Shown: positions 23,942 to 36,097, counted from the first letter of the stretch. The stretch is 64,000 nt of DNA from Octopus sinensis (GCF_006345805.1 NC_043001.1:11718001-11782000); one strand, 5' to 3'. Made by a program: numbers and translations. The notes: generated by a model from the letters alone, not told the origin.

Positions 23942-25890
23942 CGAAATTATATAACGAAATTAATAAAGAAGCTAGCGTCATCGCCGCTAAACTTAAATTA
24001 GATAAAAAAATAGAAACCCTCCCCCAAAAAGAGGCCTTTATTACTATTAAAGACCACAAAGAAAACTTCCTTTCCAACCCTAAATGTAGGCTTATCAACC
24101 CAGCCAAGTCAGAACTAGGGATTATTAGCAAAGAAATTTTAGATAAAATAAATACGAAAATTAAGACCGATACTAGGCTAGTGCAATGGTCCAATAGTAT
24201 AGAAGTCGTAGACTGGTTTAAAGCTATTAAGAATAAGAAAAAAGCGAGGTTTACACAATTCGATATTGTTGATTTTTATGCCTCTATCTCTAAAGAACTG
24301 CTAGATAAAGCCCTAATCTTCGCTAGTGACTTCATAGAAATTAGTACCAATGATAAGGATATAATCTTCCATGCTAGAAAGACATTACTTTTCAGTGAGA
24401 ATGCAAAGTGGGTAAAAACACCGACACGGAGGGCGCTTTCGATGTGAGCATGGGTTCATATGATGGGGCAGGCATCTGTGATCTAATTGGACTCTTTCTC
24501 CTAGATACCTTCGGTAAGACATTCCCTAACGTACATTTCGCCATCTACAAAGATGATGCCCTCGCCTTAACAGCTAATACAAATGGACCAGCACAAGATC
24601 GTTTTAGGAAGGATATTATCAGGTAATGAAACACTTCGGACTTAGTATAACTATAGACACACCTGACGGTTGTCAATTTCTTAGACGTTTCCTTAGATCT
24701 TAATAATAATATTTATAAGCCTTATAGGAAGCCCAATGATAGACTAAGTTATATTAATGTAGGTTCATGCCATCCCCCTATAGTATTCAAAAATTTAGTT
24801 AAAAATATTAGTAAGAGGATTTCTAGCCTCTCATCTAATGAGGACATCTTCAATAGCGTTGCCCCAGTTTATAATAAAGCTTTAAAAGATAGTGGTTTTA
24901 GCGAAAAAATAAAATATACACCTATCACCAGCCCAACAATAAGGAAAAGGAATAATAGAATAGGAAGGTCATCTGGTTTACGCCCCCTTACTCACCCGAG
25001 GTGGCCTTCAATATAGGTAAATATTTCCTAGCACTGATAGATAGACATTTTCCAGTTAACCATGCTTATAGGAACTCTTCAATAGACACAATTTAAAATT
25101 AGTTTTAGTTCAACTACCAATTTTAAAAACATAATCAATCATAACATACAAAAAAACACAAGAAGAAAACAGCTGTTCATGCAGGAATAAAGAATTGTGC
25201 CCGCTAAATGGAGCTTGCATGTCCAAGACCATCATATATGAAGCTACCGTAAACTCTATAACCACTAAAGACACCGTTTCGACGAAGAAAATACGGGGCC
25301 TGACAGAGGGTAATTTCAAGGCCAGGTTCAATAACCACACTTTGAGCTTTAGGCACTGGAACAAAAGAAAAGCGACAATTATCCAATCATATTTGGTCTT
25401 TAAGAGATAAAGGTGTCGATTATAACATACAGTGGAAGATTTTGGCCAGATGTAAGCCCTATACTAACGGCAGCGGAAGGTGCGGTTTATGCGACATGGA
25501 GAGATGGCTTATCTGGAAAAGCAGCTTAGACCCTACCACATGTCTAAATACAAGGACAGAGCTTTTCGGATCATGCCCACATGTGACTAAATTCTGTTAC
25601 GTTTTTGGTCCCCTAAAGAAAACGGATAGAACATGCTTTCTGTGTTATGTCCCAAGAAGATTTTATATATTTTTATATATTTTTATATATTTTATGTATT
25701 TTTATATAATTTTTATGACGAAAAATGCGAGCGATGTATAAGTACGCAGGCAAAGCAGAGTTATAACAGAGTAATTTCCCTTCATTTTTAACGGTATTTT
25801 TTCATAACGTTTTCAAATAGCCAGATAACCGAAGAGATGGTGTTGTGGATTTCCACTTCGGCATCTGAAACTCAGAGTTTTATCTTGACT
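23938..25890 (+). mobile_element. 5'-truncated Penelope-like element, Naiad-like (RT plus C-terminal GIY-YIG), multiple frameshifts
   Basis: AFITIKDHKENF..NPKCRLINPAKSE, FDIVDFYASI, FDVSMGSYDG, YKDD, SCHPP, VIWFTPPY, linker CSCRNKELCPLNGAC, IIYEATV..GLTEGNFKARFNNH, RCGLCDME, LNTRTELFGSCPH; HHR in the 3' end. Confidence 0.88.
25824..25884 (+). ncRNA. Hammerhead-like motif at the PLE 3' end (CCGAAGA core)
   Basis: GATAA - CCGAAGA - GATG...CATC hairpin (one extra T) - GAA - ACTC A GAGT - T - TTATC; stems I and III pair. Confidence 0.65.
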
Positions 25891-25943
25891 ACCGAGTAAT
25901 GTAACATATTGTATATATATATATATATATATATATACTTTAT

Positions 25944-26162
25944 TTAAAGCAGCAGAAAATTCAACAAAACCTGTTACTCTGAGTTTCCCGTTGCCGTTCA
26001 TCGGACAGTTTTTGCTCGAATGTCCGATGAACGGTAACGGGAAACTCAGAGTAACAGGTTTTGTTGAATTTTCTGCTGCTTTAACTAAAGCAAATTACTC
26101 TACCACTGGTATTTGAGTACTCTTTTTTCCACCTTGTTTAACATTTATGTGTTTACTCCGGT
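25944..26162 (+). mobile_element. Small non-autonomous PLE-type element with a 64-bp 5' inverted duplication and an HHR in each arm
   Basis: Arms 25944-26007 and 26021-26084 (one mismatch); each reads TGT-CCGATGA-ACGG(C/T)AACGG-GAA-ACTCAGAGT-A-ACAG; flanked by (TA)n; tail shared with 31860-31966. Confidence 0.8.
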
Positions 26163-26182
26163 ATATATATATATATGTATAT

Positions 26183-26215
<33 letters not shown>

Positions 26216-26234
26216 TATGTATAATATAATATAT

Positions 26235-26283
<49 letters not shown>

Positions 26284-26379
26284 TATATATATATACATAT
26301 ACAAATATATATACATACACACACACAAACACACACATATATACATGTATACATATATAGATGTATATATATTTATACA

Positions 26380-29004
26380 CAAGCATAATATGACTTTAAC
26401 CTCCCCAATGTGGAATGGCCTGGGGGGCAGATGCTCCAGGGATGACACACCATCAGCAGGCACAGGTGGAGTCCCTGCTCCATCTCACAAATGCCTCTTT
26501 CATGGAGCAAATAGTTCTGCAACCAACAAGGGCAGATAATATACTGGATCTCTGCTTCACAAACAATATGGATATTATCCATAATGTTAATGTGATGCCG
26601 ACAATGATCTCGGATCACAACATATAGAGCTGTCTATGTATGGAACAAAAGCCCCCGCAGACACACAGCCTATACGAAGCACCCACCATCTCTCCAACTA
26701 AACTTTCATAAAGCCAACTGGAAGTCGATTGAGAAAGAGATCCTCAAACAGGATTGGCCTGAATGTCTCTCCACACCGGACATAAACATGAAACACAAAC
26801 ACTTCATGTCCATAATACAAGCCATATGTGACAATATGTCCCAATGTGCAGGGCCAGCACACACAAGAACAAAAACAGGATCCCTAGAGAAAGGAGGATT
26901 CTTATGAGACAACGGACAAGGATTGCAAACCGCCTGAGCAAGCACACCAAAAGTGGTGAGAAGTCTCGGCTCGAAAGAATGCTAATGGAAACTGAGAAAA
27001 GTCTACATCAGTCCCATGAAAAGGAGAGAGCAGATAAAGAAGCTTGGGTAATAGAAAATATAAAATCAAACCCTAAAGCTTTCTTTAAGTTTGCCAAAGA
27101 GACAGCCACAGTGCACCAGAGAATAGGACCTCTCTTCCAAAAAGATGGCTCTCTCACAGGAAATCCCACGAGGATAAGTGAAATACTGAACGAACAGTTC
27201 CAAAGTGTGTTCACTACACCTCTAGGACACAGGCAAGTAAACAACCCAGAAGAATTCTTTGCCACTTTACCAGCGGCCAAAGAGACAAAAAAAATTGAGT
27301 ACATCAGCATCGAAGAAGATGATATCACACTAACCATTGATGAGATTGACACAAACTCAGCTGCTGGACCTGATGGATTCCCAGCGACCCTTCTCACATC
27401 GTGCAAACGAGCCCTTGCAAAACCGCTACAGCTTCTTTTTCAGAGCTTTCTTGCAAGTGGTAAGCTCCCAGTCAAACTGAAAGAGGGGGTAATATGCCCT
27501 ATCCATAAGGGAGGTAGCAGAGCAGATGCTAAAAATTATAGGCCTATCTCTCTGACCTCACACATCAGCAAAGTCATGGAACGAATAGTCCGTAAGAAAC
27601 TAATCATGTTCCTTGAAGAAAATGACTTACTGTCTGACACCCAGCATGGATTTCGACCAGGTAGAGGCTGCCTAACACAGCTCCTGCAACACTATGACTG
27701 GGTGTTGAAACAGCTACTAAATGGCTCAAATGTGGATGTAATATATCTTGACTTTGCAAAAGCCTTTGATAAAGTCGACCATGGTATGATCTGTCACAAA
27801 CTGCGTGGTCTCGGCATAGGCGGGAAACTTGGAGAGTGGCTGCACAACTTCCTAAAAGACAGAAAACAGGCAGTTGTGAGCAATGGAGCCACCTCCAGGG
27901 AAACGCAAATAACAAGCGGTGTTCCACAGGGCACTGTCTTGGGGCCACTGATGTTCATAGTGGCCCGTTCAGACATGCCTTCAGTTGCTACGATGACCAC
28001 CCTTGCTAGCTATGCAGATGACACAAAAGTCTCCCACGCAATACAAAACCCTGAAAATATTGCGCATCTGCAACATGAGCTGGACACAATATACAGGTGG
28101 GCTGAGGACAACAACATGCAGTTTAATGCAGGTAAGTTCCAGGCACTGCGCTACTGGCACACAAAGGTAAATGACGTGAAGACTGGATACACTGGCCCAG
28201 GAAGAATTGCAATCCCTGAGTCAAAATCAGTGCGTGACCTGGGCATTGACATGAGCAATGATGCATCTTTCCAAATGCATATTGCTAATCTGGTGATAAA
28301 ATGCAGACGGCTAGCTGGATGGATTCTCCGAACTTTCAGAACAAGAGAGAAGGAGACACTGATGGTCCTATGGAAAACATTTGTCCTCAGCCGCTTGGAC
28401 TACTGCTCCCAACTTTGGTCACCACACAATATAAAACAAACAGCAGAACTCGAAGCAATTCAGAGAAGCTACACAAAGAAAATCGTCTCAATGCAAAATG
28501 TCAGCTACTGGGAAAGACTGAAGGTATTAAACCTCTTCTCCCTGGAGCGGAGGCGGGAGAGATATGCAGTGATATACATCTGGAAAATCCCGGAGGGTCT
28601 TGTCCCAAACTTTGGCATTCAAAGTTACTCCAACCGCAGAACGGGGCGCCGCTACGTGGTGCCAAGGATTCCAACATCACCATCAAAATACAGGTCCAGA
28701 TACTGCAACAGCTTGGGTTTCAGAGGACCACAGCTCTTTAACATCCTCCCTAAATGCCTGAGAGACTTACATGGTGTGGATGTGGGTTTCTTTAAAACTA
28801 AACTGGATCTCTTCTTGTTGGGAGTCCCAGATGAACCTACCTCACGACAGGAGACACGGATGCGGGCAGCAGCATCGAACTCCCTTGTTGATCAAGTGCC
28901 ACGTATCAGAGGTGGATTCACAAACTAGTGTAGCTCATTCAGCGGTGGTGCCCCAGCATGGCCGCGGCCTTCGGGCTAAAACATTTTTAAGGATTTAAGG
29001 ATTT
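26380..29004 (+). mobile_element. CR1/L2-group LINE, 5'-truncated inside the APE endonuclease
   Basis: DFNLPNVEW, PTRADNILDL and SDHNI (APE C-terminal motifs, with frameshifts) precede the long ORF; ends in a (TTAAGGA)-type short tandem tail. Confidence 0.92.
26844..28928 (+). CDS. LINE ORF2 reverse transcriptase region (694 aa open frame)
   Basis: SAAGPDG, YRPISLTS, QHGFR, YLDFAKAFDKVDH, SGVPQGTVLGP, YADD, LDYCSQLWSP, SLERRR motifs. Confidence 0.92.
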   Translation: MCRASTHKNKNRIPRERRILMRQRTRIANRLSKHTKSGEKSRLERMLMETEKSLHQSHEKERADKEAWVIENIKSNPKAFFKFAKETATVHQRIGPLFQKDGSLTGNPTRISEILNEQFQSVFTTPLGHRQVNNPEEFFATLPAAKETKKIEYISIEEDDITLTIDEIDTNSAAGPDGFPATLLTSCKRALAKPLQLLFQSFLASGKLPVKLKEGVICPIHKGGSRADAKNYRPISLTSHISKVMERIVRKKLIMFLEENDLLSDTQHGFRPGRGCLTQLLQHYDWVLKQLLNGSNVDVIYLDFAKAFDKVDHGMICHKLRGLGIGGKLGEWLHNFLKDRKQAVVSNGATSRETQITSGVPQGTVLGPLMFIVARSDMPSVATMTTLASYADDTKVSHAIQNPENIAHLQHELDTIYRWAEDNNMQFNAGKFQALRYWHTKVNDVKTGYTGPGRIAIPESKSVRDLGIDMSNDASFQMHIANLVIKCRRLAGWILRTFRTREKETLMVLWKTFVLSRLDYCSQLWSPHNIKQTAELEAIQRSYTKKIVSMQNVSYWERLKVLNLFSLERRRERYAVIYIWKIPEGLVPNFGIQSYSNRRTGRRYVVPRIPTSPSKYRSRYCNSLGFRGPQLFNILPKCLRDLHGVDVGFFKTKLDLFLLGVPDEPTSRQETRMRAAASNSLVDQVPRIRGGFTN

Positions 29005-29922
29005 ATATGTATATATAATATATACATACAGACACACATACACATCTGCACACATGCACTGACATGTACAAACATACACACGCACACACATATATAAATA
29101 TACATAAACATATACACAGAAATACACATACACACAGACAATCATACGTGCATATTTGTATATTTATATATACGATACACCTATAATTGTTATGGAACGA
29201 AACGTTGAATTTAATGTAGTTATATGTGTTATAATGCCTTATGGTATAAAAAGATATCGTATTATGAATTATTAAGATTCTCTCTGTATTGAGAATGATC
29301 TAAACGCTGAGATTGCAGTTTGTACTATTAATATATTAGCATTCGAAAGTTAACTCGTTATCTTCGCGAATATTCTAGCCATTAAATACGGTTCTTCTAT
29401 TATCTACCCAATCATATTTTCATCAAATTCGAACTAGTGGATTTCTTTGTAATATAGTTAAGAAGAACCACACGGCGCAGTCAATTCATTTCTATGAAAC
29501 GCTGATAGCATAAGTAATTGAGTTTTGGCAACGAATGCCGAAGATATCCTCCAAAAGCATTGTTATATCCAGTGCATGTAGCGCTGACGCTACTGATAGG
29601 AGTGTTATCTTATTTTACAATAATCGATTATCTTAGGAAATAATAAATATGCTTATGCAGTGATATATAATAAGAATTTTTCATTTTGTAGATTCTTTAA
29701 TTTTATTTCGTTCAAGCCTAATATTATAGATATTTCTGGAGATGTCTCCTATAAAATCAAATCATTCAAGTTAGGTTATCTCTTTCTCTGATTGTTGGTG
29801 TCTAAGAACCGATTAACGATATAAGGTTTCTGTGGCTGATTTCTCTTCGGATAATTCTTAACCGACTGCAACCTGCAGCCTGAACGTCTCAGAATTTTTC
29901 TAAGAAGCATCTATATGTCTTC

Positions 29923-30557
29923 ATACATACATACATAGATACATACATAGATACATACATACATACATACATACATACATACATACATACATACATACAT
30001 ACATACATACATACGTACATACATACGTACATGCATATATATATACATACATATATACAAACATACATACATATATACATACATACATATATACATACGT
30101 ACATATATACATACATATATATATACATACATATATATATACATACATATATATATATACATACATATATATATATATATATATACATACATACGTACAT
30201 ATATACATACATACATATATACATACATATATACATACATACATATATACATATATACATACATACATATATAAATACATATATACATACATACATATAT
30301 ATATATACATACATACATATATACATACATACATACATACATATATATACATACATACATATATACGTATATACATACATACGTACATACATACATACGT
30401 ACATACATACATATATACATACATATATACAAACATACATACATACATATATACATATATACATTTATACATAAATACATAATACGTACATACATACATA
30501 CATACATACATACATACATACATACATACATACATACATACTACATACATACATACA

Positions 30558-30587
<30 letters not shown>
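29923..30587. repeat. Long degenerate (TACA)n/(TA)n array
   Basis: Directly visible; generates the MYVC-rich pseudo-ORFs. Confidence 0.95.
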
Positions 30588-30589
<2 letters not shown>

Positions 30590-31059
30590 AGGTTCGAAAA
30601 TCCTATCCCATTTCAAGGTGGGAAAGAGAGAATAAATGTTCCCTTGGTTTTAATTGATATATTCAATCAAGATAATAATTTCTCTCAGTATTGATAACAT
30701 TATCCAATCTATTTGACAAACTTTTGATTCCTCGGCATGTATCGCAGCAAAGAATTATCCAGTGTCAGTTTTAACCTCTTCAAATCTAAAACTATTTTCC
30801 CTCTAAGTAATATTGCAATTCTCTGCAATGCTCTCAGAAGATTACAATTAGAAGGAGAAAATTCAAGAGAACAAGTCAAGAGAGGCAAAACTTTCATGTT
30901 TAGTACCAAAGCGTTTCCCCAGTGACTTGGGTAATATGTTCTCTGCCATTATGAGTTAAGGAACCCACCTGTTCCTTAACTCATAAGGACTAATGATGGG
31001 TGCTCTTTCTGCAAATTTATGTGCACCACTTCCATTTGACAACGATATTTCTCGGCATT

Positions 31060-31560
31060 ACCTCTTACAAACTCCTCCATTCGCCTGCTCCAAAGCAGGC
31101 TATCTACAAGGAAGGTGATGGCTTCAGTTTTTGGGATACAAAATGCATTGTATTTACTGCCAATCTTTAAAAGTCCACACCATCAATGGAGAGTATTTTG
31201 CAGCTTGCTGAGGCAGTTACGAAAGAGAATGAAGATTAAACACCTAAGGAAACAAACGAAAATGGCTTAGTTTCCTCAAAACAATGCTCTAGCACAAAAG
31301 TCCTTGATTTCAATGGCTGATGTCCATGAGCGTGGCTTTGAAATGGTTGACGACTCTCCCTATTCTCGTGCTCTGGCCCCACCTGACTAACGTCTGTTTC
31401 CCAATATGAAGTAAACACTTGGCGTGGAACCTGTATCATAGTGGTTATGGCATCATATCTACTCTTGATAACTTTTTGGGGCAACAGGTTCAAATGTTCT
31501 TCACCAACGGGGTCCGAGCAATGCAACTCTGATCGAATCAGTGTGGACTTCATTTGGTCA
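31060..31560 (+). mobile_element. Mariner transposase pseudogene (catalytic domain)
   Basis: PAPKQA..KVMAS.FWD, TING.Y..LLRQL, QNNA (HDNA-like), SPYSRALAPPD (YSPDLAP.D) with stops and frameshifts. Confidence 0.8.
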
Positions 31561-31824
31561 CATTGAATAAGAGAATTTCGGTCAGCCCGCCAACTATTCC
31601 GTCCGCCATCGAAATGTAGAGGAGAAGAACTAAACTAAAACCGAAAGTATTTCTAAAGTGAACTTAGGCCTTGAAACCGTTTTTGATTATGTCTTCCAAG
31701 TTGAGCTCATCTGAAAGTTAGAAGGCTACAAACAGAAGTATATAAAATGATACGCAAAGAGCAATGCGCCACGTATAAGAACATCCATGCGTACGTATAT
31801 ATATATATATATATATATATACTA

Positions 31825-31964
31825 TATTTTAAGCAGCAGAAAATTCAACAAAATCTGTGACAGATTTTGTTGAATTTTCTGCTGCTTAAAATAAAGCATA
31901 TTACTCTACCACTGGTATTTGAGTACTCTTTTTTTCACCTTGTTTCACATTTATGTGTTTACTC

Positions 31965-31966
<2 letters not shown>
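31825..31966 (+). mobile_element. Second copy of the 25944 element as a perfect 34-bp fold-back
   Basis: Arms 31825-31858 and 31860-31893 with a 1-nt spacer; same tail AAAGCA.ATTACTCTACCACTGGTATTTGAGTACTC...TTTACTCCG; in (TA)n. Confidence 0.85.
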
Positions 31967-32016
<50 letters not shown>

Positions 32017-32017
32017 T

Positions 32018-32099
<82 letters not shown>

Positions 32100-32606
32100 T
32101 ACGCATGTTATAGTTCATATATTTTATAGTTCATACACAATTAGACTCAACACTACATAAGCATGGTTTTATATTTCATCTTTCATAATCATATTATGAA
32201 TATCCTAGTATGTTATATGACACTCCATCTAACCTTCTGTAATAATGCAATATTCTTCTGATATTTTCTATTTTCGCATATGTAATTAAATAAACATTTA
32301 ATTTTTTACATTTCTTAAATGTTAATATTACTATTCGAAACGATCGTATGCTCGGATTATAATTTTATAACACTTGTAACACTTTCTCTTCTCAATCTCT
32401 AAACGTTTGTTGAGTTTATATAGGATACATGTTCTATAAACCCTCATATTACACCTTATTCTTGTAACATTTTCATATTTAAAAAAAATACTTACAATAG
32501 TAAGCTATCAATTTAATATGAAAACTCTTTATTAGAAATCTAAGTTTGGAACACTTCAAACGAAAGGATAAAACGCAACTCAACCATTTCTGATATATAT
32601 ATATAT

Positions 32607-32664
<58 letters not shown>

Positions 32665-32932
32665 GATTCAGATCAATATGGTACTTAAGTCAGAGGCACC
32701 AGAATTTTGTATGGTATTATCCATATAAAACCATGGGGTGATTATAATCAAAATAACCAACAAGTATATCTTGAAAATAAGAATACGTATTGTGTGTTTG
32801 ATGCAAGACTTCTGTAAATTGCTGAAGATTGCTCAACATTTTAAAACTGGTGTAATACTTACATTGTTTAATAAAAGGAAGTAGCATGAAACGATTGTAC
32901 CAAATTACCTAAGATATACTTGTTGCTTATTT

Positions 32933-32935
<3 letters not shown>
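32665..32935 (+). mobile_element. (TA)n-embedded element with a long-stem-II HHR (relative of 18700-18915)
   Basis: CTGAAGA at 32822-32828, GAAACGATTGTA-CCA at 32888-32902; stem II and downstream tail homologous to the 18.8-kb copy. Confidence 0.7.
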
Positions 32936-32972
<37 letters not shown>

Positions 32973-34522
32973 ACATGCATCATACAGCGCAAAGTAAGCC
33001 AATTAGCTTATAACAAGAGAGCCAACTGTTACCGGGCAAGAATAACTAAATAATATGAAAATTGTGTGATTTTAAGGGGTACATTAAGGTATTTGCGGAG
33101 CCGCAGGGAGACTCGCTTGCGATTAGAATAGATTCACCAGGGAATGAAACTATACCGCTGTATCAGATTCCTGGGAACTTATTGCCTTGATTACGACTGC
33201 TAGCATACTTAATTAGCTTTGTTTGAAGAACTACAAATGCAGTTGTCAAAGAGATTTTTTGTTTTTTTGTAACAGAACCTGGTAGAATTTAAGCTTCGTG
33301 CAGAGAAAAGAAAACAAAACGCTGCAAATAATTTAGTTCACAGATGTATTATTTTGGTCGTTCCTGTCAAACTGCTATCATGTTTCAGTTACCAGTTCAT
33401 TTCTCTAAATTACAGTAAATGTATGTCTGAAATCGTCCCATGGGTGAAGTAATTTAAAGATATCCTAACTTGAAACCATTGAGAATGATTTGAGTTTGTT
33501 AAACGGATCTAATGCAGGCGCTGCCTCGAAAAACGATGTAACATGTCAGTTTAAATTTGTATTTCAATTTGAAATATACTATGTTATTTAAGCAACTCTT
33601 GTCTTTCATTTTTCTAACGAATGTCAGCAAGAATTACAGTTATTTTATAACATTCTGAATGCTGAATTAAACGTTGGTGCCCATGCAGAGACTAAAACAA
33701 AGTTATAAAAAGTAAAGAATACGAAACTTAACAGCTGATACACGTCAAATCGCAATCGACCTGAGGACACATCCTTATTATTTTTGTTGATTGTTCAAGC
33801 GTTATGTTTAACAAATCAATAAATTTTCAACATGTGCAGTTGATCCGTTTATTTCAACAATCTTCACATCTAACAAGGCTCTTTAGACTTTCTAACTTTG
33901 CATCTGGAAATTTTCCATTGAATATAATCTTTGACAAATCTCAGAGTATCTTTATTAGATTCTGTGATTCTGAATATGGGTGACGCCATTTTGACACAAA
34001 GTTCTGGATAATAATCATAAATAATATCAAAGTCTCTGAAGATTGCACGAAGGCACCAGGCGTGTTGTTAAATACTGTCTGGATTTTTTTTTCTTTGCAT
34101 GAAACTACTAGCAGGTCATAAAAATATATACTGTGTTTATTGAATAATATATATGTATATATATATATACATACATACATTTCTAGATTAAAATTAATAT
34201 TTCCTTATCATGGGAGTTGTCGTGAAAGACTAGTGTTCAATATCGGGTAAAGAAATGATCAAGCTATTGGTTAAAAGTTATACGTATATACTGTTGTATT
34301 TCGGGATGAACATTTTTTGACAAATAAATATACGCACTATATATATTCGTTTTTCACTCGTTTATTACTGTTCTTATTCTCACGTCCATTACTTTTTGCT
34401 CAGACGTTTTCAGACGGAGATTCTGTGTCGATAACCAGCTGGAAAATATATCTTTTGGGGGTTTAAAGGTGCTAACATGGTCCTACTGATGACTGCTGCC
34501 TCACATTGGCAAATACATTTTA

Positions 34523-34673
<151 letters not shown>

Positions 34674-34719
34674 TTTGTGTGTATGTATGACTTTATACAC
34701 ACACACATACGTGTACATA

Positions 34720-35325
34720 TATCAGCCCTTTTACGCTTATTCATTCATTACGCTCTTCGTTCTTTCTTTCTCCCTCTCTCACATTTCCATGCCTTCTCTT
34801 CTTGCTTACTTTCCCTCCTCTTTTCACTTCACTGTGTCCCTTTTATTTTTTCTCGCTCCTCCTTAATTCTTGTGCCCCTCTGTCTCTATCTTTTTCTCTT
34901 CTCTCCCCACATGACCGGTGTTCGGCCAAGCCTGATCTTTCAGTCTTGGTTCGGCCGTCGTCCGTGCAACATCTACATTCCTCCCTGTGCATGTGAAATC
35001 TTGTATCCCTATCGTAAGGCTTTATTTCCACACTCGCCCGCTTAATTTAATTCGTCCTTAGTCGAAAGACACCTGTTGTAATGTCGTGTTATTTGTATTT
35101 GTATAACATTCTCCGTCTTTTTCCATCCTTGCTTTCGTGTACATTCGCTGCTTTTTTCCAATGAATCTAATGCTCTTAGCTAGGTATTGGAGCAATCTCA
35201 AGTATGACCAGCCGAAATTGCAAAGATAATCTGGAACTCGACTGAGGAATGAAAACTCCAAATGACCCGTCCTTGTTTTCTTTGTATCTTCTATCTGGAT
35301 GTTTTGGGTTCTTGTCCTATTTTGC

Positions 35326-35330
<5 letters not shown>
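34720..35330 (+). mobile_element. Unclassified (TA)n-embedded repeat of about 600 bp (family F)
   Basis: Collinear reverse-complement homologue at 59561-60215; partial relative at 35385-35520; orientation label is arbitrary. Confidence 0.7.
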
Positions 35331-35389
<59 letters not shown>

Positions 35390-35521
35390 CCGAAATTGCT
35401 AAGATGATCTGGTTCTTGACTGATGACTGAGGGCTTCGAATGTCCCGTCCTGTGGTTCTTGTGTCGTCTCTGTGGTGTTTCATGTTCTTGTCCATGTCTG
35501 TAATTATTTTTACTGTTTACC

Positions 35522-35562
<41 letters not shown>

Positions 35563-35784
35563 ACATGTGTATATGTATATATATACATATATATTATTCA
35601 ATAAACACAGTAAATATTTCTTATGATCTGCTTGTTGTGTGTATATTTGAAATCTAAGGGCTTCCTACTGACGAAACTAGCCTCAGTGAATATTTTTTTA
35701 CTGAAATGAGTTAGAAACCATAGTCTAGGAACTAAATTAGATAGTAAATGTTTTTAATTTTCAATCATTTCGAGAATCTATCCA

Positions 35785-35965
35785 TAATTAGTGGTTTGAG
35801 TTTTCTACTGCTCTTTCTAGCACAAGGCTTTCCTATTTGGAAGCATCTTAATGTGTTTTAATGTACACGATATTTTTATGTGAATGAAATATAGTCTATT
35901 GACTATTTTTTATTTGTGCTAGGCCACTGGTAACAATAATTTCTATAACTATTATTACCCTAATA
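35785..35965. mobile_element. MITE arm related to 19650-20011
   Basis: ATTAGTGGTTTGAG..CTGCTCTTTCTAG...ATAGTCTATTGACTATTTTT...TACCCTAA; reverse-complement copy at 40345-40530. Confidence 0.65.
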
Positions 35966-36014
35966 TTATTTATTATATATATATATATATATACGTTTAT
36001 ATATTTGTTGTGCA

Positions 36015-36064
<50 letters not shown>

Positions 36065-36097
36065 ATACATATATATATTATATATATATATATATAT

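Noticed and set aside
23938-25890. Selenoprotein-encoding Naiad (in-frame UGA at conserved Cys)
   Set aside because: Some Naiad PLEs encode selenocysteine, but every conserved Cys codon I checked here (KCRL, ICDL, CSC, CPL, ACM, CGLC, CPH) is TGT or TGC.
32255-32350. Hammerhead suggested by GAAACGATCGTA at about 32337-32349
   Set aside because: No intact CUGANGA core or stem I found upstream; at most a remnant.
33078-33450. Plus-strand exon-like frames (GYIKVFAEPQGDSLAIRID; NLVEFKLRAEKRKQ)
   Set aside because: Good acceptors but no convincing donors or motifs; could be non-coding conserved sequence.
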